From: Octopus sinensis
Lineage: Eukaryota
NCBI RefSeq assembly: GCF_006345805.1
Contig: NC_043005.1
Location: 71,300,001 to 71,364,000 of the forward strand
DNA: 64,000 bases
Direction of reading: 5' to 3'
The translations under genes and the position numbers were made by a program. Positions within the stretch are counted from its first letter, which is position 1; the number at the start of each line of letters is the position of its first letter. The notes under the pieces were generated by a model that searched no databases, had not been told where the DNA came from, and saw only the letters and a program-made list of their open reading frames with translations. This document shows, piece after piece, positions 50,342-61,760 of the stretch.

Positions 50342-50748
50342 TACTCTTTTACTCTTTACTCTTTTACTTGTTTCAGTCATTTGACTGTGGCCATGGTGGA
50401 GCACCACCTTTAGTCGAGCAAATCGACCTCAAGACTTGCTCTTTGTAAGCCTAGTACTTATTCTATCAGTCTCGTTTGCCAAACTGCAAGTTACGGGGAT
50501 GGAAATACACCGGCATCGGATGTCAAGCAATGTTGGGAGGACAAACACAGACACACACACATACATACAAATATATATATATATATGCATATATACAACG
50601 GGCTTCTTTCAGTTTCCATCTACCAAATCCACTCACAAGGCTCTGGTCGGCCTGAGGCTATAGTAGAAGACACTTGCCCAAGGTGCCACGCAGTGGGACT
50701 AAACCCGGAGTCATGTGTTTCGTAAGCAACACAGCCACTCCTATGCCT
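50342..50748 (-). mobile_element. tRNA-derived SINE family A
   Basis: Full-length copy. Confidence 0.85.
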
Positions 50749-51300
50749 ATATATATATATATATATATACATATATAATATATATATATCTGTAAAATAA
50801 TATGTGACAATTATTCAGTTTTTACAAATAAGTTTCCTCTATTTACATAATATTGAGGTCTCTTTCTTTCTTTTGTTATCTTACCGTTTTTACCAATATA
50901 TATATATATATATATAATATATATATACACTTGTACACAAATACTTATACATATAAACATACACACACATATATAAATAATATAAACATATATATTCATA
51001 TACATAATTAGCTTGTGTTTTATCTTTTACATAAAATTTTTTAATTTATATTTGCTAGTTTTAATTTAATTTTAATTGCAAAGTCATTCTTAAATTTACT
51101 ATGTATGTGTTCTTTGATGTATGCAAACATATACGTTCATTTATTATTTAAGTTTACTTGTGCGCGTATGTGTTTGTATCTGTATCTATTTATGTGTGTG
51201 TATATAGTGTATATGCATATGTATGTATCTATGTATATATGTATGTATGTATGTATCAATCTATCTATCTGTTTACCTAATCTACCTATCTAACTGTATA

Positions 51301-51677
51301 TCTCTCTCTATATAAACGGCAGTTTGTCTGTGCGTGTTTCTGTGTGTCTGTTTGCTTGTACCCTCACCCTGACCACGGCTTTCAACCGATTCTGATGAAA
51401 CTTGACACACACATAGCCCAATGTCATAATTCAAAACTAACGCAGCGAAAATTTTGAAAAGTTCCCCCAGTTCTGAAAAAAATCGATAAATTCGACATGG
51501 GGTCGAGAATCAGAAACACAAACCAGACTGTCTAGGGGGCGCAACTCGACCTTTTTAACTAAAAAAAAAATTTACCATCATTTTTCCATTTTTTGCTATT
51601 TTTTGGCTATAACTCTCTAAAAATGCTTTATAGTTATTTCCCTTACAAACCCGAGCAACGCCGGGCGATACTGCTAG
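51301..51677 (+). mobile_element. Non-autonomous Helitron-like element
   Basis: A|TCTCTCTCTATATAAA ... CCCGAGCAACGCCGGG hairpin, CTAG|T; the 3' ~100 bp are shared with the 34792-35805 copies. Confidence 0.8.
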
Positions 51678-51703
51678 TATACATATATATATATACATAT
51701 ATG

Positions 51704-51734
<31 letters not shown>

Positions 51735-51767
51735 TATATATAACAAAAGTGGAAAGACCCACTTCGG

Positions 51768-52090
51768 TCATGAATGGCAATCTGATTGCATCTAGAGTGT
51801 TCTCTCTGAGGCACAAATCTGGGCAAGGTTGTTTACAGTAGATCAGCAGTCGTCCATGCATACCAGGCTCCCCTCTCCATGCCACTGATGTTATCCAACT
51901 AAAAGACAAAGGCTGATGCAGCTTGGCACCAGTGACATGACAATTCATTTCTACAGCTGAGTGAATGGAGCAACATGAAATAAATTGTCTTTTCTCATGT
52001 ACACAACACACAGCCCAATCTGGGAACTGAAGACACTACCTCATGATTGTGAGCCTTGATGCTCTAACCATAGAGCCATGTGCTTTCACA
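51768..52090 (-). mobile_element. tRNA-derived SINE family D
   Basis: Minus-strand head TGAAAGCACATGGCTCTATGGTTAGAG; homologous to 26655-26900. Confidence 0.65.
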
Positions 52091-52101
52091 TCTATCTATA
52101 T

Positions 52102-52154
<53 letters not shown>

Positions 52155-52227
52155 CACACACACACATTTATAGAAGCATACATTTATATATATACATACA
52201 TATATACATATTCATATATATACATAT

Positions 52228-52259
<32 letters not shown>

Positions 52260-52338
52260 CACATACACACACAACATATATATATATATATTATATATAT
52301 ATATATATATACATATTACACACACACATATTATATAC

Positions 52339-52399
<61 letters not shown>

Positions 52400-52823
52400 C
52401 ATACATACATACATACATACATACATACATACATACATACTTATATAAATATATGTGTGTGTATATATGTATATATATATCATATATGTATAACTGGAGC
52501 AGGATCAGTTGTGTAGTCTAGAAGTTTCCAAACCATGTTACATTTGGTTCAGTCGCAATGCATTTCTTGTCTTCTTGTTACCCTAGGTAGGCCAAATCCT
52601 CATGAGTGGATATGGTAGAGAGAAACTTGATGAATTCTAGTGTATATCTGTGCATAACCACATAGATATATGACTTATATTTCAGACAACCTGCAATGTA
52701 TTCTAATTTTAAATATATTTATACACTTTCTGTGAATTAAAAGCATTATATACCTTCCTTAACTATTTAGCATATGGATTATGCTGTCAAATGTTATGCT
52801 TGTTCATTTACATTGTTTTAAAT

Positions 52824-53417
52824 CAGGAGTCCTCAACTATTTTGGATCTATAGACCCTTTTCATTACTATTTTATTCTGGTGGACCCCCATAACCATTTG
52901 ATGCTTACAAACTAGCCTTATAGAAACTTCTCTCCAAATTCTTTTTTTTTTTTTCCCCACACATTCATTTGCGTAGGTTGATCTGGGGAAAATGCTTGAA
53001 AAACAAAGCTCACAGTTTCTTGCAATAGATACTAATAGATAAAATTTTTTTTATTAGTAAGGTGGTGAGCTGGCAGAACCGTTAGCATGCCGGGCGAAAT
53101 GCTTAGCAGTATTTCATCTGCTGTTATGTTCTGAGTTCAAATTCCGCTGAAGTCGACTCTGCCTTCCATCCTTTCGGGGTCGATAAATTTAGTACCAGTT
53201 ACGCACTTGGGTCAATGTAATCGACTTAATCCCTTTGTCTGTCCTTGTAAGTCCCCTTTATGTTTAACCCTTTGTGGGCAATAAAGAAATAAAATTTTTT
53301 TCAGTGGGGTCATTAAAATACTATTGTGGATCCTCAATTTGTTAATTTGTTGTGTGGACCCCCAAAAATCTTATATGGATCCTGAGAGGCCACATGGTCC
53401 TCAGTTGAAAACCACTG
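52824..53417. mobile_element. hAT-type MITE with 8-bp TSD TTTTAAAT
   Basis: TIRs CAGGAGTCCTCAACT / AGTTGAAAACCACTG; TSD at 52816-52823 and 53418-53425. Confidence 0.8.
53061..53292 (+). mobile_element. SINE family B, full length
   Basis: GGTGAGCTGGCAGAACC...GAGTTCAAATTCC...TTCCATCCTTTCGGGGTCGATAAA...AATAAAGAAATAA. Confidence 0.85.
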
Positions 53418-54469
53418 TTTTAAATCAATCATGCATTATCTCATACATTCAAGATTTTAATGAGATGTTTGCTTACTTTTAGGCATTGTAGGGTAGGTGG
53501 GCAAAGTTGGATCTTGCATGTATGGCCATAAAACAGTTAGAATATTTAAGCAAAGCATGGCCAGTTTAACTGCTAAAATGTTAAATTTATGACTAATTGC
53601 CTCTTCATTTTTTAAATCAATTGCATTACTTCACTTCTTCATCTTTTGGTTATATGCACTTGGAATGACAACAAGACATGATCTGGTTTTACAAGTATAT
53701 GATCTTTATCTTCATACACTTGCAGTCTTTGTTCATTATTTACTTTAGTTGTTTTAATATAACATTTATAATGCTTATTGTTGAGTTCTTTACTGTATAA
53801 GTATTTTCTCAATGCCTTTTTCTTTTCACATATTATATTTCTAATAGAAATGGTGTATTTCATTTTCAGATTTCAGAACTATTCCTGAAGAAATTAATTT
53901 TTTGTCAAACTCAACAGAATATATTTAAATAACATGATTAATATTTATGTAGCTATTTATCTCATTGACAATGAATTCAGGTGACTTATTAAAGCAGGTG
54001 TTGGGAAAATGAAGTAATTGCTTTTATGCATTGTGCCAAATATACATACACACTTATAATATATACACATATATATATATTACACACACACACACATATA
54101 ATATATATAGATAATATATATAATATATATAATATATTATATAAGAGAGTGACCACTATTTCAGTATTACGTGTTAAAAGTGAAACAAAAACATTTCTCT
54201 ATTTCATGTCAGATACTTTCACTTTAACAATAAAAATAATAATAACAATTGAATTATATGTAGTAAGTAATAATTAAAATCAAACTAAAGTATAATATAA
54301 TCGTATGTATAAAATTTACGTATAAAATTTATTGTATTCCTGGTTTTTATGCACTAAGCCACTTGGTGTTAAATTGATGGTACTATTAAACTAGTATCCA
54401 ATTTTCTCACCCTTATTAGTTGATTATATATATAATTAGTTGATTGTATATATGTATATATATATGTGT

Positions 54470-54688
54470 GTATGTTTGTGTGTTGTGTTTATCCCCAGCA
54501 ACATCGCTTGACAACCGATGCTGGTGTGTTTACGTCCCCGTAACTTAGCGGTTCGGCAAAAGAGACCGATAGAATAAGTACTAGGCTTACAAAGAATAAG
54601 TCCTGGGGTCGATTTCCTCGACTAAAGGCGGTGCTCCAGCATGGCCACAGTCAAATGACTGAAACATGTAAACGAGTAAATAAGTAAA

Positions 54689-54690
<2 letters not shown>
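54470..54690 (+). mobile_element. SINE family A 3' half
   Basis: Close to consensus. Confidence 0.85.
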
Positions 54691-54734
<44 letters not shown>

Positions 54735-54744
<10 letters not shown>

Positions 54745-55050
54745 GTTGTTTGTTCCTTCTCTAGCCATGCCTGGCTCATAAAGGCTGGTTTCTTGGTTAA
54801 ATTGGCATATAGCTTCCCCACCTGGATGTGACACCAGTCCATCATAGGTGAGCTGCTAGTTGCAGGAGGAAAGAGTGAGAGAAAGTTGTAGCAAAAGATT
54901 CAGCAGAAGTTTGCCATTACCGTCTGCCAGAGCCACATGGAGCTTAGGTGTTTCGTTTATAAACACATACATCACTCGGTCTGAGATTCGAACCCGTGAT
55001 CCCTCAACCGTGAGTCTGCTGCTCTAACCACTGGGCCATGTGCCTCCACA
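54735..55050 (-). mobile_element. tRNA-derived SINE family C, full length
   Basis: Minus-strand head GGAGGCACATGGCCCAGTGGTTAGAGC...GGTTCGAATCTC. Confidence 0.8.
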
Positions 55051-55804
55051 CACACACACACACATATATATACATACATACAAACACAATGACATGTGTA
55101 TGTGTGTGTGTGGGACTAATAACCTGATGTAGAACTCAATATACGTATACTTCAGAACAAAGTGTTAGTTGAGTATAGAGCAGTAATAAGAAAAAGATAT
55201 GACAAAGGAAAAAAAACAAAGGTTATGTGATGAACCTCATTAGCTCACAGCTGTTTCTGCTACAGCATGCAGTGGACACATAGTTCAGTGCCCAGACAAT
55301 AACCTATAGCTTCATGGGAACCTTGAAGACGAACTGCACTTTAATTGGGAATACTATATTTTCAGAACAATCTGGCATTATGAGAGGGAAGGTCTGTCGA
55401 TGCCCATGGGAAATTCTGTCTGCTTTTGGACAGAATTTTCCATAGGCATCAACATAGACTTTCTCACTAGAATTGCCTGAAAATGTAATTTTTCTAAATA
55501 AAGTGCATCTTATCTTCAAGGCTCTGATGAAACAACTGAATATTATCTGGGCACTCAACCAAGAGTCCACTGCATCTTATAGCAGAAATAGCTAAAGATA
55601 TGTGTGTGGTGTGTGTGTGCATATGTATGTATGTATGTATACATATGTATGTATGTATGTATGTATCTATATGTATATATGCAGAGTGCTGTGAATATAT
55701 TGTCATCTAAATTATACAAAAATGAAAATTTTTTGAGCTTCTCATTTTAACAGATATATTTACCAAAGTTACATAAAAAATATCTTGAAATACTAAAGAG
55801 TAAA

Positions 55805-55977
55805 TTACGGAGATGTACTTGCATAGCAAGTGACCCGATCTGAGATCGTGTGCTGGAACAAAAACAATTGCAGTATGGAAGGTGTTTATAAGCCATTTAA
55901 GAAACACACAAAAACTGTTAGATTCCCAACAACATTTAAATGTTGAAGTGAATCTAACAGTTTTTGTGTTTCTTAAA
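55805..55977. mobile_element. Dispersed repeat end with an ~80-bp fold-back (55896-55977)
   Basis: Shares GGAA(G/T)GTGTTTATAAG...CATTTAAAT with 16275-16302; the palindrome is centred on AACATTTAAATGTT. Confidence 0.55.
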
Positions 55978-56287
55978 GAGTAAATTTATTCAATAAAATC
56001 ACTATTGGCTGAAGCCAATGGCGATTTTATCTCCTGCTACTCTTCTGGACTGTCTCCTCTTTCAAGTTGGTGAATGCTGCCATAATCCTTGCCTTCAGTT
56101 CATCTTTCATGTTACAAATATTGGTCGTCTCTCACCCAACTGTGCTCCACACTTAATAATCAAGAGAGTTGCAGATGTTCTTTTTGCATTATTTGAAATG
56201 GAATACCCACAAATCTATTGATTGAAATCCCAATAACTGAACTATATATATATACATACATGCATACATACATATATATATGCATAT

Positions 56288-56374
<87 letters not shown>

Positions 56375-57379
56375 TATATATATATCTAGCATTATGATCT
56401 GTAGTTGTCAGGTCATAGTGCTAGTGCATGTATATATGTGTACAAATTTTTACATGTACATCTATATATATACATCTACACATAAAATACAAAATACAAA
56501 GTTATATCTTGATATCACTAGTGATGACAATACTCAAAATATATAACAGACTGGAATTGCAAGCCCGTCTCTTGCAATTTCGATCAATTGTATTTTGTCC
56601 TCCCTCTTGTATAGAAGTGTGGCTACAATCCTGCCTACCTCTACTTCGGGGGGGGGGGGGGCATTTTAAATTTTTATCCGGGACGTCCTACGTCCCAGAT
56701 ATAAAGGTATAACTAAAATATTTCCACTTTGCAAGTTCGAGTCGAGTACTCCCTTGCACGCTCCGTTGACTCGAACCTTGCTTCTATTGTGGCGAATTTA
56801 CCACCTCTGGTTAGATATCTTTCATAGTCGCACCAAGACACTTTTCGATAGTGCTTTCTTCCAGGTGTTCAAATCTTTTTTCTCTTTTATAGACAATAGT
56901 CCATCTGGACTATTCCATTTCTGCACGCTAATTTTATTTTTAATTTATTCCCATTCATGTGAAACCACTTATTCAAGTTCAAGTCATTGATGCAATTTTA
57001 TACCAATTGCTATTTTTACTTTTGTTATGTTATGATTATATTATACCTTAGTTTGATTTTAATTATTACTTACTACATATAATTCAATTGTTATTATTAT
57101 TTTTATTGTTGAAGTGAAAGTATCTGACATAAAATAGAGAAATGTTTTTGTTTCACTTTTAACACATAATACTGAAATAGTGGGGAAGATATGATATTGC
57201 TATGGGCTCGCTCTAGGCAAGAAGTTGAACATTTTTTTTGCCCATGAAACTACATGGACCCTAAGTAAGGCATGTGTAAAATATGAATGAAATTGGTTGT
57301 GTAGTTCTCAACTTTTAGGGAAACCCACAGACAGACAGACAGACACATTCTCAGTTTTATATATATATATATATAAAGT

Positions 57380-57570
57380 TAATCCAAACAGGAAAACACA
57401 AAAAAACAAAAAACACACAACAACACGAGGACGTGGAACAAATAAAGTATTATTGGACGCTCAGGAAAGAAGGGAAGAAGGAGGGTTTAACGTTTCGAGC
57501 GGAGCTCTTCGTTGGAAACATAGGAGAAGGAAAGATCCCAAGAAGGGAAGACAGAAGAAAAAATCGCCAT
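57380..57570 (-). mobile_element. PLE pseudo-LTR-like end with HHR fold (57485-57519)
   Basis: GTTT-CCAACGA-A-GAGC(TCC)GCTC-GAAAC-GTT/AAAC on the minus strand. Confidence 0.6.
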
Positions 57571-57589
57571 ATATATATATATATATACA

Positions 57590-57770
57590 ATGAGAGTTTA
57601 TGAAAAAACAATAGACAAAGATGGGTGTGTAAACAACAAACAGATGTATTAATTTAATGCTTGGCAAGTGAGAAAGTTTTTTAGGTTTCGAACCCATGCT
57701 CGACAGAAAAGAATACAGGAATAAGCAGGGAGAGAAGATAGTGAAAAGTTTAGGGGATAGTGATCTACAT
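57590..57770 (-). mobile_element. PLE pseudo-LTR-like end with decayed CUGUCGA HHR fold (57679-57710)
   Basis: Homologous to 43630-43825. Confidence 0.55.
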
Positions 57771-58072
57771 ACATATATGTATGTATATATATATCTATAT
57801 ATCTATACATATATATATATATATAAAAATTCATAATTCATAGCTATATAATGCTATTGTGCCTGCGATTCACCTATATCACTGCTGCTGATATCATCAA
57901 TTTTAAAATTTATCTACCGATGATATGAACAGTAGTGACATCTGATTTCAAATCTCAGTGTTTGAATGTTTTGCTAAATTTTTATTCACCATGTGCTCTG
58001 TTTTTGGCACAAAACAAAACCAGTTCCACTGTCAGAGTTTAACATGACGGTTATGAATTATTACTCAGTAGG

Positions 58073-58127
58073 CCACACTGATGAGGCTCATGGTTTAAAT
58101 ACTCAGAAGCCGAAACCTGGTTTGTGG
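58073..58127 (+). ncRNA. Type I hammerhead ribozyme, intact core, GUU triplet
   Basis: CCACA-CTGATGA-GGCT(19 nt)AGCC-GAAA-C(CTG)G-TT/TGTGG. Confidence 0.7.
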
Positions 58128-58755
58128 ATATCCCTAATGTTTTAATTCTTTCTGTCTTCCTTGCAAACAGTTTTTCTCTTTTATCTTGGTGCAGTATGGT
58201 GGATTAATTTAAGACTTTAACTCTTATTTCTAGCAGGTATATTCTTGTTAAGCATCATTACTCTTTGTGCAAATTTATAATTCATATCTATATAATGCAT
58301 ATGCACCAGCGATTCACCTATATCACTGCTGGTAATATCATCAATTTTAAATTTCTCCACCGATGATATGAAGAGTAATGACATCTGATTTCAAATCTCA
58401 GTGTTTTAATGTTTTGCTTATAATAATGTTTTGGACATTTAATGTGGTTTTCTAGCATGGTGGTATCATTTAAATACCCTTAATTATAATTTTAATAATA
58501 ATTATTACCTTTGAGGTTTTTATTCCCATGCTGGCCACCTGATAAGATTGGTATTTTAAATAACGTTCTTATTCTTATTTGTGTAAATTTATATATTTAT
58601 TTCGTCATTATATTCACTGTGGGAGTATTTTATTTTTACTATAGTATTTTTACTATATCGCTCGAGGAGTTTTAGGTGGGCAATTTAAACTGGTCATGTG
58701 CATACATGCCTATATGTGTATGTATACGTTCGTATATGTAAGTATTCATATGTTA

Positions 58756-58806
<51 letters not shown>

Positions 58807-59595
58807 GTGCTATCTGCATATATTCCACTTATGAAAGCAAAGCATTTCTTACACAGAGTCAGAAATCCAGGATCTGGAATTATCCAGTAATTTTTTTTGT
58901 TTTTTGCTAGTTTATTTTGTCTCTTTGTCTTCTCTCCTGGTGCTGTATGATCATTTAATGTGGTTTTAGAGTCAAGTTTTGGCTGCTATTTCTGACATGG
59001 TGGTATCTCTTAGATACCCTTAATTATAATTTTAATAATAATTACTACCTTTGAGGTTTTTATTCCCATGCTGGCCACCTGATAAGATCAGTATTTTAAT
59101 TAACCTTCTTATCCTTATTTATATAAAAAAATATATATATGCATATATGGATACAGGATGTCACCAATAGATATAAAATAGCAGAAAGAATACAAAACAC
59201 CACATGAGAGCCATCATTTCTCTGTTGTATGAATTTGATTCCTTTACTGGAGATGTCATCACTGCTACAGATGAAGACAAAGTCTTGTAGCTCACAAATG
59301 AGCCACCTATCAGTGAGGATTTCTGAACAAGAACAGTCAACTGATAAAAGATATATATATATGTATGTATGTACAGAATATGATGGTTTAGCTCACTGGT
59401 GATCTAAATGAAAAGGTACGCTGGGTAAGTGCTGTAACAGGTTATCAGAGCTCCAAGCTTGTAACCGAGACAGAAGCTATGGAACCATTTTAGGTTTCCG
59501 ATATACCTGATATATATTTGTGAAAGAGGACAACAAATGCCAAAACATAACAAGCATCTCAAGTCATATACATTATTATTCTTGAATTAGTTGAG

Positions 59596-59671
59596 GTCTT
59601 ACAGCTGTTTCTGGGATATCTCAACTGATAGGCGAGTATGCCTGCATATGGGGTATTCCATCATCAGAGAC
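59596..59671 (-). ncRNA. Type I hammerhead ribozyme, intact core, GUA triplet
   Basis: GTCT-CTGATGA-TGGAATA...TATCCCA-GAAA-C(AGCT)G-TA/AGAC; palindromic stem III loop. Confidence 0.75.
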
Positions 59672-60332
59672 AAATAGAGAAAATATGAAGGATCTAGACA
59701 TGGAAATAATCAGATAAGAGATCTAGACATGGGAAATTCACAGATAATAAGTGTAGAGAGTAAAGAAATAAGGTTCACTGTAGTAGTAGGAGAGAGAGAG
59801 AGAGAAGAAGAAGAGAAGGAGAGAGAGAGAGGGTGAAAGGGAAAGAAGGAAAGGAATAGATGTTGGATGGAATAGACATTGGGTGGAAATATGGAAAATA
59901 CTGTAAACAAAATAAAATAAAAGTATGTAGTAGTTCATTAAATAAATTAAAAACTTACAATAAATGCACAGATAGAAAACAGATGCAGAAGGTCACCAAA
60001 CCCTCTCTCTCCCCCCTCTCTCTCTCCCTTTCCTCTTTGCACTTCTGTGCTGCTATCTGTTCCTGTTTTTTGCCATCCTTTCAGTTCTCTGTGTCTCTCT
60101 CTCTCTACCCTATACTATTTTTTCTCTCCTACTACTGACAAGTGACCTGTGGTCATCATCATCCTTTATTTTCTCTCCCTTCCTTTTCATGCCAATCACT
60201 GAAGTGGGCTGGTCATATTTTCTCTTGTCTTACACTTTCAACATGTTTCACCGTCTCTGTTTCTAATCCTTCCTCCTCCTGACATTAACCATATTTTTGT
60301 CTCCTCTCTAGCCCTAAGGCCCATATTCGCTT

Positions 60333-60744
60333 TACTATTTACTTTTTTACTTGTTTCAGTCATTTGACTGTGGCCATGCTGGAGCACTGCCTTTAGTCGA
60401 GCAAATCGACCCCAGGACTTATTCTTTGTAAGCCTAGTACTTATTCTATCGGTTTCTTTTGCCGAACCGCTAAGTTACAGGGACATAAACACACCAGCAT
60501 TGGTTGTCAAGCGATGTTGGGGGGACAAACACAGACACACAAACATATACACACACATATACATATATATACATATATACGATGGGCTTCTTTCAGTTTC
60601 TGTCTACCAAATCCACTCACCAGGCTTTGGTCGGCCCGAGGCTATAGTAGAAGACACTTGCCCAAGGGGCCACACAGTGGGACTGATGCTTGGAACCATG
60701 TGGCTGGTAAGTAAGCTACTTACCATACAGCCACTCCTATGCCT
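60333..60744 (-). mobile_element. tRNA-derived SINE family A
   Basis: Full-length copy. Confidence 0.85.
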
Positions 60745-61099
60745 ATCTGTTTATTTATTCAATTTGTTTGTATGCCCATATTTCATCTTGTTTGTCTTGC
60801 TTGTCTTGTCCCTCATCCGTCCACTAATGCTCTCGTTTTGAATCACATTTATTTCAGGTTTGTATGTTCACTTTCTGTATTGCATATTTGTTTATTTCTT
60901 GTTTGTCCACCCTCTCTCATGTTTGGTCCCTTGTTCGTTGGCTCACCGTTTCCAGGTGGCTTCTTGCTATCGGTGTCACTAGAGGGGATCAATATTATCG
61001 TGGAAGGTGTGAAATTGCGTTTGACTCTCTTAGCAATAAGTTATGAGAATTTGGTGACCTTCCGCATCTGCTTTCCATTTGTTTGGGCATTTATTACAT

Positions 61100-61760
61100 A
61101 AGGAAAGGTATGCATAAGTGGGCTGGTTACACCCCTGGCATAAGCCACGAGTGAGACCATAACCCGTGGCCTATGCCAGGGGTGTAACCAGCTCACTTAT
61201 GTGTACCTTTCCTTCAGTGGACACTAAGCTCTGCTTCTGAAGACCTGTTGAGGCAAGTGAAATTCGAAATCAAATCAAATTCGTAAATTCAATGTCTAGC
61301 ACCCGTGCCAGTAGACCGTAAGAGCACCATCCGAGCATGATCGCTGTTAGAGCAGCTGACTGGCTTCCATGCTGGTGGCATGTAAAAAAGCACCATTCAA
61401 ACATGATCAGTACCAGTGTCGCTCTACTGCCACTTGTGCCGGTGGCACATGAAAAACATTCGAGTGAGATTGTTGCCAGTGCTGCTTGACTGGCTCCTGT
61501 GCAGATGGCATGTAAAAAAACACCATTTGAATGTGACCATTGCCAGTACTGACTGACTGGCGCTCGTGCCGGTGGTACATAAAAGCACCCACTACACTCT
61601 CAGAGTGGTTGGCATTAGGAAGGTCATCCAGCTGTAGAAAGTCTGCCAGATCAGATTGGAGCCTGGTGCAGCCATCTGGTTCGCCAGTCCTCAGTCAAAT
61701 CGTCCAACCCATGCCAGCATGGAAAGTGGACGTTAAACGATGATGATGATGATGATGATG
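61100..61760 (+). mobile_element. RTE 3' UTR copy with a 50-bp fold-back at its 5' end
   Basis: Collinear with 8270-8858; 61100-61149 is the reverse complement of 61165-61214. Confidence 0.8.

Larger units (their letters stand above)
52759..53584. mobile_element. TTAA-flanked MITE containing a hAT MITE containing a SINE
   Basis: Ends TTAACTATTTAGCA / TGCTAAAATGTTAA. Confidence 0.65.

Noticed and set aside
53870-53928. Acceptor TTTCATTTTCAG followed by DFRTIPEEINFLSNSTEYI*
   Set aside because: It is short, has no linked upstream exon and no recognised homology; chance cannot be excluded.
9881-55050. tRNA-like sequences with A/B boxes
   Set aside because: They are SINE heads that continue into SINE bodies and lack complete cloverleaf/acceptor stems; no true tRNA gene is supported.
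59262-59291. GCTACAGATGAAGACAAAGTCTTGTAGC hairpin with a partial CUGAUGA-like motif
   Set aside because: It lacks C3-U4 and the GAAA/stem III half; it is a simple hairpin.
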